IMG/VR virus record: IMGVR_UViG_3300045988_114751
Location: 1 to 64,000 of that record
Strand: one strand, 5' to 3'
Length of the DNA stretch: 64,000 nucleotides
Origin: a virus
Below, piece after piece: positions 7,764 through 17,855 of this stretch (positions are counted from its first letter, which is position 1; each line of letters opens with the position of its first letter). The position numbers and the translations under genes were made by a program. The notes below the pieces were generated by a model that made no database searches, was not told the DNA's origin, and was given only the letters and a program-made list of their open reading frames with translations.

Positions 7764-8222
7764 GTGATTATGAAAAATACGATAGTAACAGGTAGCCTAA
7801 TTGTATTCAGTGACGGATTTGTTTGGAAAAGATTGTCCAACGAAAAAGCCTACAAGATATGGGTGTCAGCAGAAAATGAAGATTTTGAGTTATACAAGGT
7901 GAGGGTAGATGATGAGTCTGAGTCATTGATAGAGAGTCTTGAAGATTTACAGGATGCCCTTAAACAGGGTCATTATGTATGTATAGAAGTAGGCAAGCTA
8001 CCGTATAGCATAGGTTTGAATTACTTACGAAATCTGCAAGAGTTATCGGTGGAAGCCGTGGAGTATCTACCAGGACTAAAAGAATGTAGCAGGGAAGAGG
8101 CATTTAACATCATTCGAGAGTGGGCTAAAGAGTTTACAGAGAAATATGGGAATTGTGATTTTGATGGATCATACTATGATGAAATAGATGAATTTATTGA
8201 TAAAAAGTTAAGAACTATTTAA
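7764..8222 (+). CDS. hypothetical acidic protein (152 aa)
   Basis: ORF track. Confidence 0.55.
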   Translation: MIMKNTIVTGSLIVFSDGFVWKRLSNEKAYKIWVSAENEDFELYKVRVDDESESLIESLEDLQDALKQGHYVCIEVGKLPYSIGLNYLRNLQELSVEAVEYLPGLKECSREEAFNIIREWAKEFTEKYGNCDFDGSYYDEIDEFIDKKLRTI

Positions 8223-8233
8223 AATATAAAGAC

Positions 8234-9043
8234 ATGGAAGACAACCTTATTACAACAAAAGAAGTAGGCGATTATCGCATTAAAGTATATTATTGCCGTG
8301 ATTCAGAATGCCCTATAACTAATTGGGATTTGTTTGGGTCATTCTTCTTTGAATACTCTGATACGCATCGATTGCATGATGAATGCAATTGGAAAACTTT
8401 CTTCTACGATAACAAGCATAATCTTAGAGATGTTATTGATGCTATTGTAATGAAGCATATAAAACAGAAAGACATTGTAGAATATTTAAAGAAAGGGGAA
8501 GCGAATGGGATCTCATTCACATACAACAGAGGTAGCAATGTATGGGAGTTGAAGCATAAGACAAGTCTATATATAGGTCAAGAGTTTTTTCCAAGTGATT
8601 TGACGGACTTTGATTACAAAGGAGAGTTAATAGAGGATCTGGATGACGAAGATTTGTTAGATATCATATCCAAATATGGAAAAGATGTGGTAGCTATAGA
8701 GTGGTCAACAAGGGGTTATAGTCAAGGTGATTATATAAAAGGGATAGCATACGTTACAAAAGAAAAATATGATAATGAAGTCTGCGACAAAGAAGGAGAC
8801 TGGAAAGAAGATTGTGCCAAAATTATAGATAATGAAGTAAAGTCCATAGGTATGTGGATGTGGGGAGATGTAAAGGGGTATGTGCTTGAAAAGAAAGTGA
8901 AATTTGTCAAGAAATACGAAGATGAATCCAGGGAGAATGAAGAGGGAGAAGAATGGGAAGAGGTTGATTCCTGTTGGGATTGTTATATGGAAACAGACGA
9001 ATTGATAGAAGAAATAATGGAAGAACATAACTTGAAAGAATAA
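8234..9043 (+). CDS. hypothetical protein with a strongly acidic C-terminal tail (269 aa)
   Basis: ORF track. Confidence 0.6.
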   Translation: MEDNLITTKEVGDYRIKVYYCRDSECPITNWDLFGSFFFEYSDTHRLHDECNWKTFFYDNKHNLRDVIDAIVMKHIKQKDIVEYLKKGEANGISFTYNRGSNVWELKHKTSLYIGQEFFPSDLTDFDYKGELIEDLDDEDLLDIISKYGKDVVAIEWSTRGYSQGDYIKGIAYVTKEKYDNEVCDKEGDWKEDCAKIIDNEVKSIGMWMWGDVKGYVLEKKVKFVKKYEDESRENEEGEEWEEVDSCWDCYMETDELIEEIMEEHNLKE

Positions 9044-9047
9044 GGAG

Positions 9048-9440
9048 ATGGGGAGATCACGAGGGTGTATTATCAGAAAGAACACCAAAGAATTAAGAGA
9101 AAGCCTCATGTCATTAAGATATCGTTGGTTGGTGAAAGAAAAAGGAGCTAATTGCATAGTCACAAATCCAGAAATATTAAAATACATGGAATTGCGAGAA
9201 AAATCAGTAGAAGCATGGAAGGATGAAGGATGGATAGATTGTGGAGCCAATGATGATATGTTTCTGGCTATAGCAGCATTAGCAAATAATACTGACTTAG
9301 GTCAATGGCTGATAGTGACAGACGCCACAGGAGACAGGTGGGTAGAATGCGAAGAGCCCAGGTTCAGGGGAGACGCGGGCTGCATTACATGGCGTAAGGC
9401 TACAGTAGATGAAATTATTGAACATTTTAAAAACAGATAA
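9048..9440 (+). CDS. hypothetical protein (130 aa)
   Basis: ORF track. Confidence 0.55.
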   Translation: MGRSRGCIIRKNTKELRESLMSLRYRWLVKEKGANCIVTNPEILKYMELREKSVEAWKDEGWIDCGANDDMFLAIAALANNTDLGQWLIVTDATGDRWVECEEPRFRGDAGCITWRKATVDEIIEHFKNR

Positions 9441-9442
9441 TT

Positions 9443-9856
9443 ATGGGATATATATGTACAAGATGTGGTGGAACAAATGTTACCTGTGAAGCTATAGTAA
9501 ATCCGAATACCGGAAAAATAATAGATTATTTTGATGGATCTTTCATGCATGCTATTTGCGCGGGTTGTGAAAATGAGGTAATAATATCTAACGTTGAAGG
9601 AGTCAAACATGAAATTGATTTAAGGTTTCATGAATTTGTAGAAAGAACAGGGAAAGAGCCTGAATACGTAGAATGTCAGATTGTATGGAAAGAGACAGGA
9701 AATGAACAAAGAGAGACAATAAAACTATCATTGAGCATCAACGATGATGATAATGATGATGTTTTTTATTATTGCAATGGGATAGAATCGTTTAAGCAAC
9801 TTGCTGAATACGGAGTGGGAGAATTTATCGTAACATTTTGTTGGAGTTTCTTTTAA
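9443..9856 (+). CDS. Zn-ribbon protein (CTRCGG...CAGCENE), hypothetical
   Basis: ORF track; Cys pairs. Confidence 0.55.
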   Translation: MGYICTRCGGTNVTCEAIVNPNTGKIIDYFDGSFMHAICAGCENEVIISNVEGVKHEIDLRFHEFVERTGKEPEYVECQIVWKETGNEQRETIKLSLSINDDDNDDVFYYCNGIESFKQLAEYGVGEFIVTFCWSFF

Positions 9857-9869
9857 AACCTATACAGAT

Positions 9870-10235
9870 ATGAAAATAATAAAAATTCCTATTACAGAGC
9901 AAAACAGAGAAGTCTATTGGTCTAGAAACAAAGATAAGAAGGCTTGGGAGAAGTTAATGAGTGAGTGCCCATCCATGACATCAAAAGAGTTTTGGAATAA
10001 TGAATGGGAAGAATTTGATAAAGAAGAGATTTCGACGCATTGGTATTTCATTGTTGGCAAACCGGAATCGATAATAGATGAGTTGATTAATTTGGAGATA
10101 GGGGACACAAACGTATTCTATCCACATATAAAGGAGAATAGACCTTGGGATATTGAAGAAATGGACTGGTATGATCTTAGAGAACATGCCAATACCATGA
10201 GTGATTTTATTCAGAAGTTATATAACTACATTTAA
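9870..10235 (+). CDS. hypothetical protein (121 aa)
   Basis: ORF track. Confidence 0.55.
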   Translation: MKIIKIPITEQNREVYWSRNKDKKAWEKLMSECPSMTSKEFWNNEWEEFDKEEISTHWYFIVGKPESIIDELINLEIGDTNVFYPHIKENRPWDIEEMDWYDLREHANTMSDFIQKLYNYI

Positions 10236-10719
10236 AAAATGCTTTATGAATGGAATAATATTTGAATTAGAAGAAAAGTCGAAATATACAGGGAGATACA
10301 TGGATGGGGAAATCTCCTATAATAACACATCTATAGATTACACGAAAGAAATACGAGAATGTGACAGAAAGAGTGAGATCAAGGATTTATTAAATGACCC
10401 TTGTCTTGGTAAAATATTTGAAAAGGGGGAAGTTGATGATGAAATTATATATAATGGTAATATAGAAGATGTAAAAGAGGAATGGATGCGTGCTATACAA
10501 AATGGGGTAGATAAAATGAATGTTAACAAAGATATGAATGGGCATAATCTTATTTATGTAATAAAATATGGAATTTGCAGATACGCGTATCGTATTTGCA
10601 TTGATTCATATCCGGGATATGTTGTAAAAGATCCAATAACACTAATAGAATGGGTTCAAGGTTTAAAGCCTGGAACCGTCATTAAAATAAGAGGAATATT
10701 CATTTATCATTTTTTATAA
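10201..10719 (+). CDS. hypothetical protein (172 aa)
   Basis: ORF track. Confidence 0.5.
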   Translation: MILFRSYITTFKKCFMNGIIFELEEKSKYTGRYMDGEISYNNTSIDYTKEIRECDRKSEIKDLLNDPCLGKIFEKGEVDDEIIYNGNIEDVKEEWMRAIQNGVDKMNVNKDMNGHNLIYVIKYGICRYAYRICIDSYPGYVVKDPITLIEWVQGLKPGTVIKIRGIFIYHFL

Positions 10720-10727
10720 CATATCTT

Positions 10728-11120
10728 ATGAAAACACAAGAAGAATATGCACTTGAAATTGACGAAATTGTTCGCCGGGATGTGGAGAGTTGCCAAGGCG
10801 ACTGGTTTGGGATTGACAGGGAGATATTTATGCAACCGGAAAACAAGAATAAGATATTTATTCTTGGAACCCGAAAGACCGGATGTGATTTAATAATACT
10901 GGGTGGCACTAATTGTGATGAAGGTAGTATGGATTGGCTTTTTGGGAGTCTTGGCAATGAAAACTTCTATGTATGTAAACCGTTATCTTTCTACAAATCA
11001 CAGCGGGAAATCCAGAAAGTAAATCCGCTGTATGCTTTTAAAGTGGCCACTGCTTATTTTAGAGAACAAGGGATGATTCCGGTATTTGAAGATGCAAATT
11101 GTAAACTGATAAAGCTATGA
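10728..11120 (+). CDS. hypothetical protein (130 aa)
   Basis: ORF track. Confidence 0.55.
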   Translation: MKTQEEYALEIDEIVRRDVESCQGDWFGIDREIFMQPENKNKIFILGTRKTGCDLIILGGTNCDEGSMDWLFGSLGNENFYVCKPLSFYKSQREIQKVNPLYAFKVATAYFREQGMIPVFEDANCKLIKL

Positions 11121-11350
11121 TAGAGGTAATAAGATACAGACTGCCCTCTTATTGGGCTTGCCCGTTAATCAATGATGATTACACTGGATTAACGGATGAA
11201 GAATGTGAGGAAATCCAACGCTTCTTGGAAGCAGCAGAAGGTTATCCGGTAGATGTAGATTTGGAAACACAAGGGTTTTACCGTTGTAATGACGCAGGAA
11301 CACTTCCCGGAGAGTGTGCAGATTTTATTTTTCATAAGTGTAATGATTAA
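11117..11350 (+). CDS. hypothetical protein (77 aa)
   Basis: ORF track; ATGA overlap. Confidence 0.5.
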   Translation: MIEVIRYRLPSYWACPLINDDYTGLTDEECEEIQRFLEAAEGYPVDVDLETQGFYRCNDAGTLPGECADFIFHKCND

Positions 11351-11361
11351 ACTAAAATAAT

Positions 11362-12258
11362 ATGGAAACTACAAACAAACTGTTTTATTCAGGTACAAAA
11401 TTCTTTACAGAAAATGAAGAAGATTATAGAATAACAGTTAGAATCTCTTTGGATGATGGCTGCAAAAATAACATATGCGACTGGAGCATAACAGCCGACG
11501 TTGACTGGAAAAACAAGCATGGAAAATATGAGGATTACTTAGGAGGCTGCTGCCACGATGAAGTCGCAAAACATTTTCCGGAATTGTCGAAATTCATATC
11601 GTTGCATCTTTGTAACCATTATGGTGCTCCTATGTATCCGGTGGAAAATGGCATATATCACGTTAGAAGAAGTGGTATGTCTGTGGCAATGGAGTATTTG
11701 CGTATATCAGAACAAGAATGCGTAGAATTATATAAAGCCTCTGAGGATAAGTTGTATTTCAGGTATATGCTTTTCAATCTGGGGATCGTGGATAGATGGA
11801 AAAGAGAATCAGAAGAACTTATTGCGGAACTTGAAAAATTGTGTGGTAAGAAGTGGGTTAATCCATATAAGCCGGAAGAAGAAAGATTTGTTTTAACACT
11901 AACGGACGAGGAACGATCTCTTATTGAAGAGCGTATTAAAGCCGGGCATTATTCCTCAGAAAATATAGAGAAACGCAGAGTGGAAGCCCATAAAGCAAAG
12001 ATGGCGGCAAAACGTGCTGAAATTTGTGAGCGATACGATAAGAAAATCAGACAAGCAGAAGCAGAAAAGAAGATAAAGCTCTGTGTGTTTGATTATGGGT
12101 TGCCTGCTGACAATGTTATATACTACCCTCACTCAAACACTTTATCCTTCAACTGGAACAATTGTAAAAACAAAATTACACAAAAGGAGTTTGATGATTT
12201 TGTAAACAACGTAGACCGCTCTCAGTTGCCAGAAGGCATCAAGTTTGAACTTAAATAA
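11362..12258 (+). CDS. hypothetical protein (298 aa)
   Basis: ORF track. Confidence 0.6.
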   Translation: METTNKLFYSGTKFFTENEEDYRITVRISLDDGCKNNICDWSITADVDWKNKHGKYEDYLGGCCHDEVAKHFPELSKFISLHLCNHYGAPMYPVENGIYHVRRSGMSVAMEYLRISEQECVELYKASEDKLYFRYMLFNLGIVDRWKRESEELIAELEKLCGKKWVNPYKPEEERFVLTLTDEERSLIEERIKAGHYSSENIEKRRVEAHKAKMAAKRAEICERYDKKIRQAEAEKKIKLCVFDYGLPADNVIYYPHSNTLSFNWNNCKNKITQKEFDDFVNNVDRSQLPEGIKFELK

Positions 12259-12559
12259 AATACAAGATATGGAAAGATTGAATTTTGAAACATTGTTTCG
12301 TATCGTAAGATGGGATTACAACCGTTGTTTTAAAGATGAGTCGTTGGACAAGGATTTGTTCATAGAAAAATACGGGAAAGTTATGGGAGAACATTATTAC
12401 AACAAGTTTGTCCATGAGTTTAACGGGAATATCCTGAAGATGGTCGGTTACTTCAGAGGTTCCGAAAAAGAAGGGCAAGTGTTCTGCGATATGATAACCG
12501 AACGTATTGAAAAATATGAACAAAGAGGATTATGCAGTAGAGGTAAGTTAAACAATTAA
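12245..12559 (+). CDS. hypothetical protein (104 aa)
   Basis: ORF track. Confidence 0.5.
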   Translation: MNLNKIQDMERLNFETLFRIVRWDYNRCFKDESLDKDLFIEKYGKVMGEHYYNKFVHEFNGNILKMVGYFRGSEKEGQVFCDMITERIEKYEQRGLCSRGKLNN

Positions 12560-12571
12560 AAAGATACTTAT

Positions 12572-13633
12572 ATGAACAATTCAATGGTCGCTCACTTATG
12601 GGCAAACGAAAAACAAGAATCAGCGCATGGTAGTAACTTCTATTTTGAAGGAGAAAGTATTTACTCCTATGGAAGACATTTTGAGGTTGGAAGAATTGTG
12701 CGGAACAAGCGTGGAGAAAAGGCGTATTTGATTAATGACATATATCGTTCCTCTTCCACAAGCAAACATCAATGTTGTGTTCGTGACGCAATACCAACTG
12801 GCTCAAAGGTGTTCTCTGTTGGATATAATATGTCAAATACCGGTAACATGGCCTTTGTTACCAGTAGGTTGGAATCCATTAAAGATGCTATTGAAAAACA
12901 CAAGCGAGCCAGAACTGAATTACCTTATCAGAATGTTTGGGGAGCTTTTAAAAATCTGATGGGTTATATTGAGTTCTTCGATATGGGGACTCCCCAGCGT
13001 CTTCTTAAAAAGAGCGCAAACGAATGGCTTGGAACTAACCATGAATTATCACGGAAATCAGATAAAATTAAACGTGAACATGTCCGTGAATTGAAACGTG
13101 TTTTCCAGATCTTGTTGAATCATCAAGCACTGGAAGTCCTTGGAACCGTTAATGTGGTTGTGGATGAAGTTTGTGGTGAAGGAACATGGGCTAAATATAC
13201 GATCAGATGCCAAAGATGGGCAGAAGGTTATGAAAAGAGAGAGGCGATAGCCCTTGAAAAGGCAAGGAAAGAGGAAGAGGCCCGTAACAAAGCATTGGAA
13301 GAACGGATACAAATGTGGAAGTCTGGCGAGATTTCCCAGTTGAGTTATTATTGTTGGTCTGAGAATGATCAGCCGAACGTATGGTTGCGTATTAAGAATG
13401 GAAAAATCGAAACCAGTAAGGGCATCAAAGTAGAACTAACTGAAGCTGAAAGACTTTGGAGATTGATTAAGGTCTTCCATAATGGCGGTCAGTTCCAGCA
13501 CGATTTGGCATTGGATGTAACTGGTCACAGATGGGCGTTCAATCGTTATGAAAACGATATGCTGACTGCCGGATGCCACCGGATTGCATATAGCGAGATG
13601 GAAAGTATTGCGAAACAACTGGGATGGGCGTAA
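12572..13633 (+). CDS. hypothetical protein with a coiled-coil segment (353 aa)
   Basis: ORF track. Confidence 0.6.
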   Translation: MNNSMVAHLWANEKQESAHGSNFYFEGESIYSYGRHFEVGRIVRNKRGEKAYLINDIYRSSSTSKHQCCVRDAIPTGSKVFSVGYNMSNTGNMAFVTSRLESIKDAIEKHKRARTELPYQNVWGAFKNLMGYIEFFDMGTPQRLLKKSANEWLGTNHELSRKSDKIKREHVRELKRVFQILLNHQALEVLGTVNVVVDEVCGEGTWAKYTIRCQRWAEGYEKREAIALEKARKEEEARNKALEERIQMWKSGEISQLSYYCWSENDQPNVWLRIKNGKIETSKGIKVELTEAERLWRLIKVFHNGGQFQHDLALDVTGHRWAFNRYENDMLTAGCHRIAYSEMESIAKQLGWA

Positions 13634-13674
13634 GTAACCCATCTTATTTTATAACAACTAAAAACAAGAAAAAT

Positions 13675-14415
13675 ATGGAAAATGCAATTATTGTTCCGTT
13701 TGATTTAAATACGGCGAGAAAAATTAAAAGCGGAGAAATAGAAGGTTCGGTATTAATTGATAATATTGAAATAGAATTTGTATATGAGTCAAAAGACTGT
13801 GCAGGTCCTTATAATTTGCTTTTTGTAAAAAAAGATGGATATGGGATAAGTGCTATATATGCCAACACGGAAGGTTGTATTATTGGCGGCACCACTCTGG
13901 AATTGAGGGTAGAGGCTGGAGCGTATTTTAAGAAAGGAGATGTATTAACAAGCACTAAAGGATGTCAATTTATATATGATGGACTTATTACCAAAGGGGT
14001 AATGGGAAGTATATGTGGAATGGTAACATCTGGAGATATTGAGTTTGATCATAGCGGATTATGGACTGATGTGTATGATGAAGATAAAAAACGGCATGTA
14101 AGAAAGGCTATAGAAGAAGAGAAGAAATTTTTAGCAGAAAAGATTATAAAAGCCGAAGACAGTAGAAAAATAGATATAATAAAACGATATTTAAGTGAAT
14201 ATGAGTATCTATTAGATGAGATGCCGAAACGTGACTTCAAACCATTTGAACGAGTGCTGGTGAGAAGAACTAACCAAGAGAGGTGGAAATTGCATCTATT
14301 TTCCAGAGAATCAGTAGGAGATAATAAATACGAATGCTTAGGAGGGGTAGGATTTAGTCAGTGTATCCCATACGAAGGGAACGAACATCTTTTAGGAACC
14401 AATAAAAACAAATAA
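13675..14415 (+). CDS. hypothetical protein, tandem paralog A; start placed at ATG 13675 (MENAIIVPFDLNTARK...) by analogy with paralog B
   Basis: Shared N-terminus (PFDL-T/E-A-K-KI) and C-terminus (KPF-x-VLVR...W...LF-R-E...G...CIP-EGNE-LLGT) with the ORF at 14420-15157. Confidence 0.6.
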   Translation: MENAIIVPFDLNTARKIKSGEIEGSVLIDNIEIEFVYESKDCAGPYNLLFVKKDGYGISAIYANTEGCIIGGTTLELRVEAGAYFKKGDVLTSTKGCQFIYDGLITKGVMGSICGMVTSGDIEFDHSGLWTDVYDEDKKRHVRKAIEEEKKFLAEKIIKAEDSRKIDIIKRYLSEYEYLLDEMPKRDFKPFERVLVRRTNQERWKLHLFSRESVGDNKYECLGGVGFSQCIPYEGNEHLLGTNKNK

Positions 14416-14419
14416 GATT

Positions 14420-15157
14420 ATGGAATATAAAATGGTAACAATCCCGTTTGATTTAGAAACGGCGAAAAAAATAAACATAGGGGAAAGAGTAGGTCAGATT
14501 GTGACAGAGAAAGGACGAAATAGAGCAGAAATAGTATATGAAGACAATTCGTCAATTTGTCCGTTATTGGTTGTAATTCATTCTATTTCTGTATCGGCAG
14601 ATTGGTTTTCTGCTACAGGAAAAGCATTTAGCAGCGAAAATCGCCTCCTTCTTGAAGTCCCGGAATATACTACATTTAAAGATGGAGATGTGTTAAGCAA
14701 CAAAGATGGAAGTTATATTTTTATTTTAAATATGCATGGGAAATATTTAACATCTTTTTATGCCTCTTTAAATCAAAAAGGTATTCTTAAAATAGAAGAT
14801 GGTTTATCTGCTTGGGAAAATCAGATAGAAAAATACAGATTTGCCACTGAGTCCGAAAGACAAAAGTTGGTTGACGCATTAAAGGCAAGCAAAGAACCTG
14901 AAGCTAAAGAGTATCTGAAACGCTTCTTCGGGATTGAAGAAAAGCCGAAATATAATTTTAAGCCGTTTGACAAAGTGCTGGTAAGAGACGAGGACGATAA
15001 AGAATGGCATATCAGCTTGTTTGCAAGGGAAATTGTGGACGATTCTGATGGATTGTCTTATAAGCATGAATGTTCCAATGGAACATTATGGGATTGTTGC
15101 ATTCCTTTTGAGGGCAATGAATATCTTTTAGGAACTGCTGAAAATTCAGAAGAATGA
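14420..15157 (+). CDS. hypothetical protein, tandem paralog B (245 aa)
   Basis: ORF track; paralogy read directly. Confidence 0.6.
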   Translation: MEYKMVTIPFDLETAKKINIGERVGQIVTEKGRNRAEIVYEDNSSICPLLVVIHSISVSADWFSATGKAFSSENRLLLEVPEYTTFKDGDVLSNKDGSYIFILNMHGKYLTSFYASLNQKGILKIEDGLSAWENQIEKYRFATESERQKLVDALKASKEPEAKEYLKRFFGIEEKPKYNFKPFDKVLVRDEDDKEWHISLFAREIVDDSDGLSYKHECSNGTLWDCCIPFEGNEYLLGTAENSEE

Positions 15158-15252
15158 AAACGGGTAAATCAAGGAGCAAAATCAGCAATGCAAATACGGC
15201 GAGTCACTATCAGTTTCGACGTTTGTAAATATCATATTAAAATCATAAAAAC

Positions 15253-15507
15253 ATGTATGAGAATATTTTAAGCAACATGTTAGGATGTCAGACATATTGT
15301 ATATCAGACAGTCCTTCGAATAGATACTGTCTTATTGGACCTATTGAGTGCAATGAGAAGTTAATAGAAGTGTTTAAGAAGGGGATAATAGTAAAACTCA
15401 AACACGTGGAAAAACGGGTCCTGGATACATTTACGAATAATGGAATTGATATGAGTAATTACACTCACTGTATTATTGTGAAGCGGGATTTTTATCTCGC
15501 CTGGTAA
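15253..15507 (+). CDS. hypothetical protein (84 aa)
   Basis: ORF track. Confidence 0.5.
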   Translation: MYENILSNMLGCQTYCISDSPSNRYCLIGPIECNEKLIEVFKKGIIVKLKHVEKRVLDTFTNNGIDMSNYTHCIIVKRDFYLAW

Positions 15508-15525
15508 CAGAAAAACATAAATGAC

Positions 15526-16188
15526 ATGAACAATTTTGTAATAGATACTCCTGATAACTTCTGGCAAATAAGATGGCTTGACAAATACATGGAAGGTCAT
15601 AAAGGATTTATAGCTGGTGGATGTTTTAAGAATATCCTTTTTGGAGAAAGAGTAAAAGACATTGATATTTTCTTTGAAAGCGAAAGCGATTTCCAGGAAG
15701 CTGTCGATTTGTTCAATGATAAAAAACACCAAAAAGAAGGATGGAAATTTAAGTACAAGAATGAGAAGGTCTGTGCGTTCCAGAAAGAGGGAGAAAAAGT
15801 ATGGGTAGAGTTCATAGAGTCAGAGTTCGGTAAACCAGAAGAGATTCTTAGGAGCTTTGACTTTACTGTGGCAAAAATGGCTTACTATAAGGAGCCTAAA
15901 TACGAAGAGAAGGAAGATGATTATTTTCCATTCTCATCTACTGATGTAGTAGGATACGAGTATAAACTTCTCTACCATGAGAAATTCTTCGAACATCTTC
16001 ATATGAAGAGGCTGGTTATTGACGAAAATATTCCTTTCCCAGTGAGTACATGGGAAAGGTCATATAAGTATAAGGGATATGGTTACAACATGTGTAGGGA
16101 GACAAAGAAAAAGCTTCTGCAAGCTCTTAAGGGTGTGAATATAGAAGAGGAAGACGTATCTTTGTATGTTGATGGAGGATGGGATTAA
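15526..16188 (+). CDS. Class II nucleotidyltransferase, head-domain-only (CCA-adding enzyme / poly(A) polymerase PolyA_pol family), 220 aa
   Basis: Motif A GGCFKNILFGERVKDIDIFF matches E. coli CCA [20 protein letters not shown]. Motif B LRSFDFTVAKMAY matches RRDLTINALA. The protein is too short to carry the neck, body and tail domains. Confidence 0.7.
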   Translation: MNNFVIDTPDNFWQIRWLDKYMEGHKGFIAGGCFKNILFGERVKDIDIFFESESDFQEAVDLFNDKKHQKEGWKFKYKNEKVCAFQKEGEKVWVEFIESEFGKPEEILRSFDFTVAKMAYYKEPKYEEKEDDYFPFSSTDVVGYEYKLLYHEKFFEHLHMKRLVIDENIPFPVSTWERSYKYKGYGYNMCRETKKKLLQALKGVNIEEEDVSLYVDGGWD

Positions 16189-16208
16189 TTGAAAAATAAT
16201 AGAATATT

Positions 16209-17045
16209 ATGAATGCAAGTAAAGAATACAAAATAATAAGAAACTTCATATTAAATGAGCTTCACATTACAAAAGAAGACATAATCAAAAACATAGAACC
16301 ATTATTGAAAAAACTTGTAAAACAGTGTATGAATAATACATATGGGAATAACAATCAAATAGAGTATTGGATCAGATGTATGGTTAACGACGAACTTAAA
16401 CAAAGAGATTCTGATTTTGTAAGAAGAATATGTAAGGAGGTTATAAAAGATCATGTGTCGAATGAGTTGAACATAATTGTAAGTCCCAAAAATGAAAGAT
16501 GCGCATGTGAAAATAGAGTACCATCAAGAAAAGATGGTTTGTATCTAATCTACGGAAACGGACACGCTGAGCCGTTTACTAGAGAGAATTTCAAAAAGAA
16601 TGTGCGTTATATCGGATTAAAACACAAAGACGTATCGTTTGCTATCTCGCTGACGGAGCATGATAGAGTACAATTGCTTGACGATGATAGCCGTAAAGAA
16701 TCCGGAAGTGAGACGTATTACGAACGTGAATGTGATGCGCTGTTTGACATTAATGGACGCGGCAATACGGAACGCCTTGTAGTCAGAAATCCAAAATTGA
16801 GAAATCTACTGAAAGATGGCGAATACATCCCTTCGTTGAGACAGCTCAATCTAATGGCGCATTACAAAGACAGTATAAACGATGCGCTTAAATACATAGG
16901 CGCAGAACCGTTAGCCTCGGAGTGGTTTTGGTCCAGTACTGAGAGCAGTCAGTACAACGCGTGGTACGTGTACTTCTTCATTGGCGACACGGGCAGCTAC
17001 AGCAAGTACGGCAGTGGCAGGGTTCGGGCGGTAATTGATTTTTAA
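16209..17045 (+). CDS. hypothetical protein (278 aa)
   Basis: ORF track. Confidence 0.55.
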   Translation: MNASKEYKIIRNFILNELHITKEDIIKNIEPLLKKLVKQCMNNTYGNNNQIEYWIRCMVNDELKQRDSDFVRRICKEVIKDHVSNELNIIVSPKNERCACENRVPSRKDGLYLIYGNGHAEPFTRENFKKNVRYIGLKHKDVSFAISLTEHDRVQLLDDDSRKESGSETYYERECDALFDINGRGNTERLVVRNPKLRNLLKDGEYIPSLRQLNLMAHYKDSINDALKYIGAEPLASEWFWSSTESSQYNAWYVYFFIGDTGSYSKYGSGRVRAVIDF

Positions 17046-17057
17046 AAAGGATTACAT

Positions 17058-17855
17058 ATGATAACATCAGTAAAAATAAAAGACAACACAAAAACTCCAT
17101 TTGAATATGTTTCTGACATAGAGGCGTTTGAAAATGGCAGAGAATTTATTTTCAAGCCAGGAGTGAATGTGATTATAGGGAAAAACGGTAGTGGAAAATC
17201 AACTTTACTTAACATCATATCAATGTATGCGTTATGTGATAAGTCCATGTGCTCTGAAATGCCGGATGAGGCGCTGGATTTTCCACCTATATTTGATGAT
17301 GATGACAAGGTTCTTGATGGGATTGATATATCATCCGATTATATAGGGAAAGTATTCCGTTTATTGCCGTCAACGGAGACAAATCGAGATAGTGTATTAA
17401 AAAACATCAGCAATTTCGATTTGTATGCGAATAGTATTCAAAAATCTTATGGGGAAAAAGTGGTGTTATCACTGGAATCGCTTTTCAATTTAATGTTCGG
17501 TCAAAAGGATTATACATTTCCAATACAAGATCTTGTAGAATACAAGAAAAAATCAAATGCGTTTTGGATTAAAAGAATTGATGATCTGTTGAAGTATTAT
17601 AAAAGAAACCGAATAACATTAGCAGAAAGTAGTTTTGAATACACGGTTCTCATGGATGAGCCAGACAGGAATCTTGACATTGACAATATAATGCAAATTT
17701 ATAATGTATTGTCATTCCATAAACTACAAACGCAAATTATAGCTATAGTACACAATCCGGCATTGATTTACAAGTTAAGCAAATTAGATTGTGTAAACTT
17801 TATAGAGATGACAGAAGGGTATCTTAATAAAACTTGTACATTTGTGTCCAACTAA
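17058..17855 (+). CDS. Small ABC-type (AAA_21-like) ATPase
   Basis: Walker A GKNGSGKST; signature-like SYGEK; Walker B VLMDEPDRNLD; H-loop IVHNP. Confidence 0.65.
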   Translation: MITSVKIKDNTKTPFEYVSDIEAFENGREFIFKPGVNVIIGKNGSGKSTLLNIISMYALCDKSMCSEMPDEALDFPPIFDDDDKVLDGIDISSDYIGKVFRLLPSTETNRDSVLKNISNFDLYANSIQKSYGEKVVLSLESLFNLMFGQKDYTFPIQDLVEYKKKSNAFWIKRIDDLLKYYKRNRITLAESSFEYTVLMDEPDRNLDIDNIMQIYNVLSFHKLQTQIIAIVHNPALIYKLSKLDCVNFIEMTEGYLNKTCTFVSN

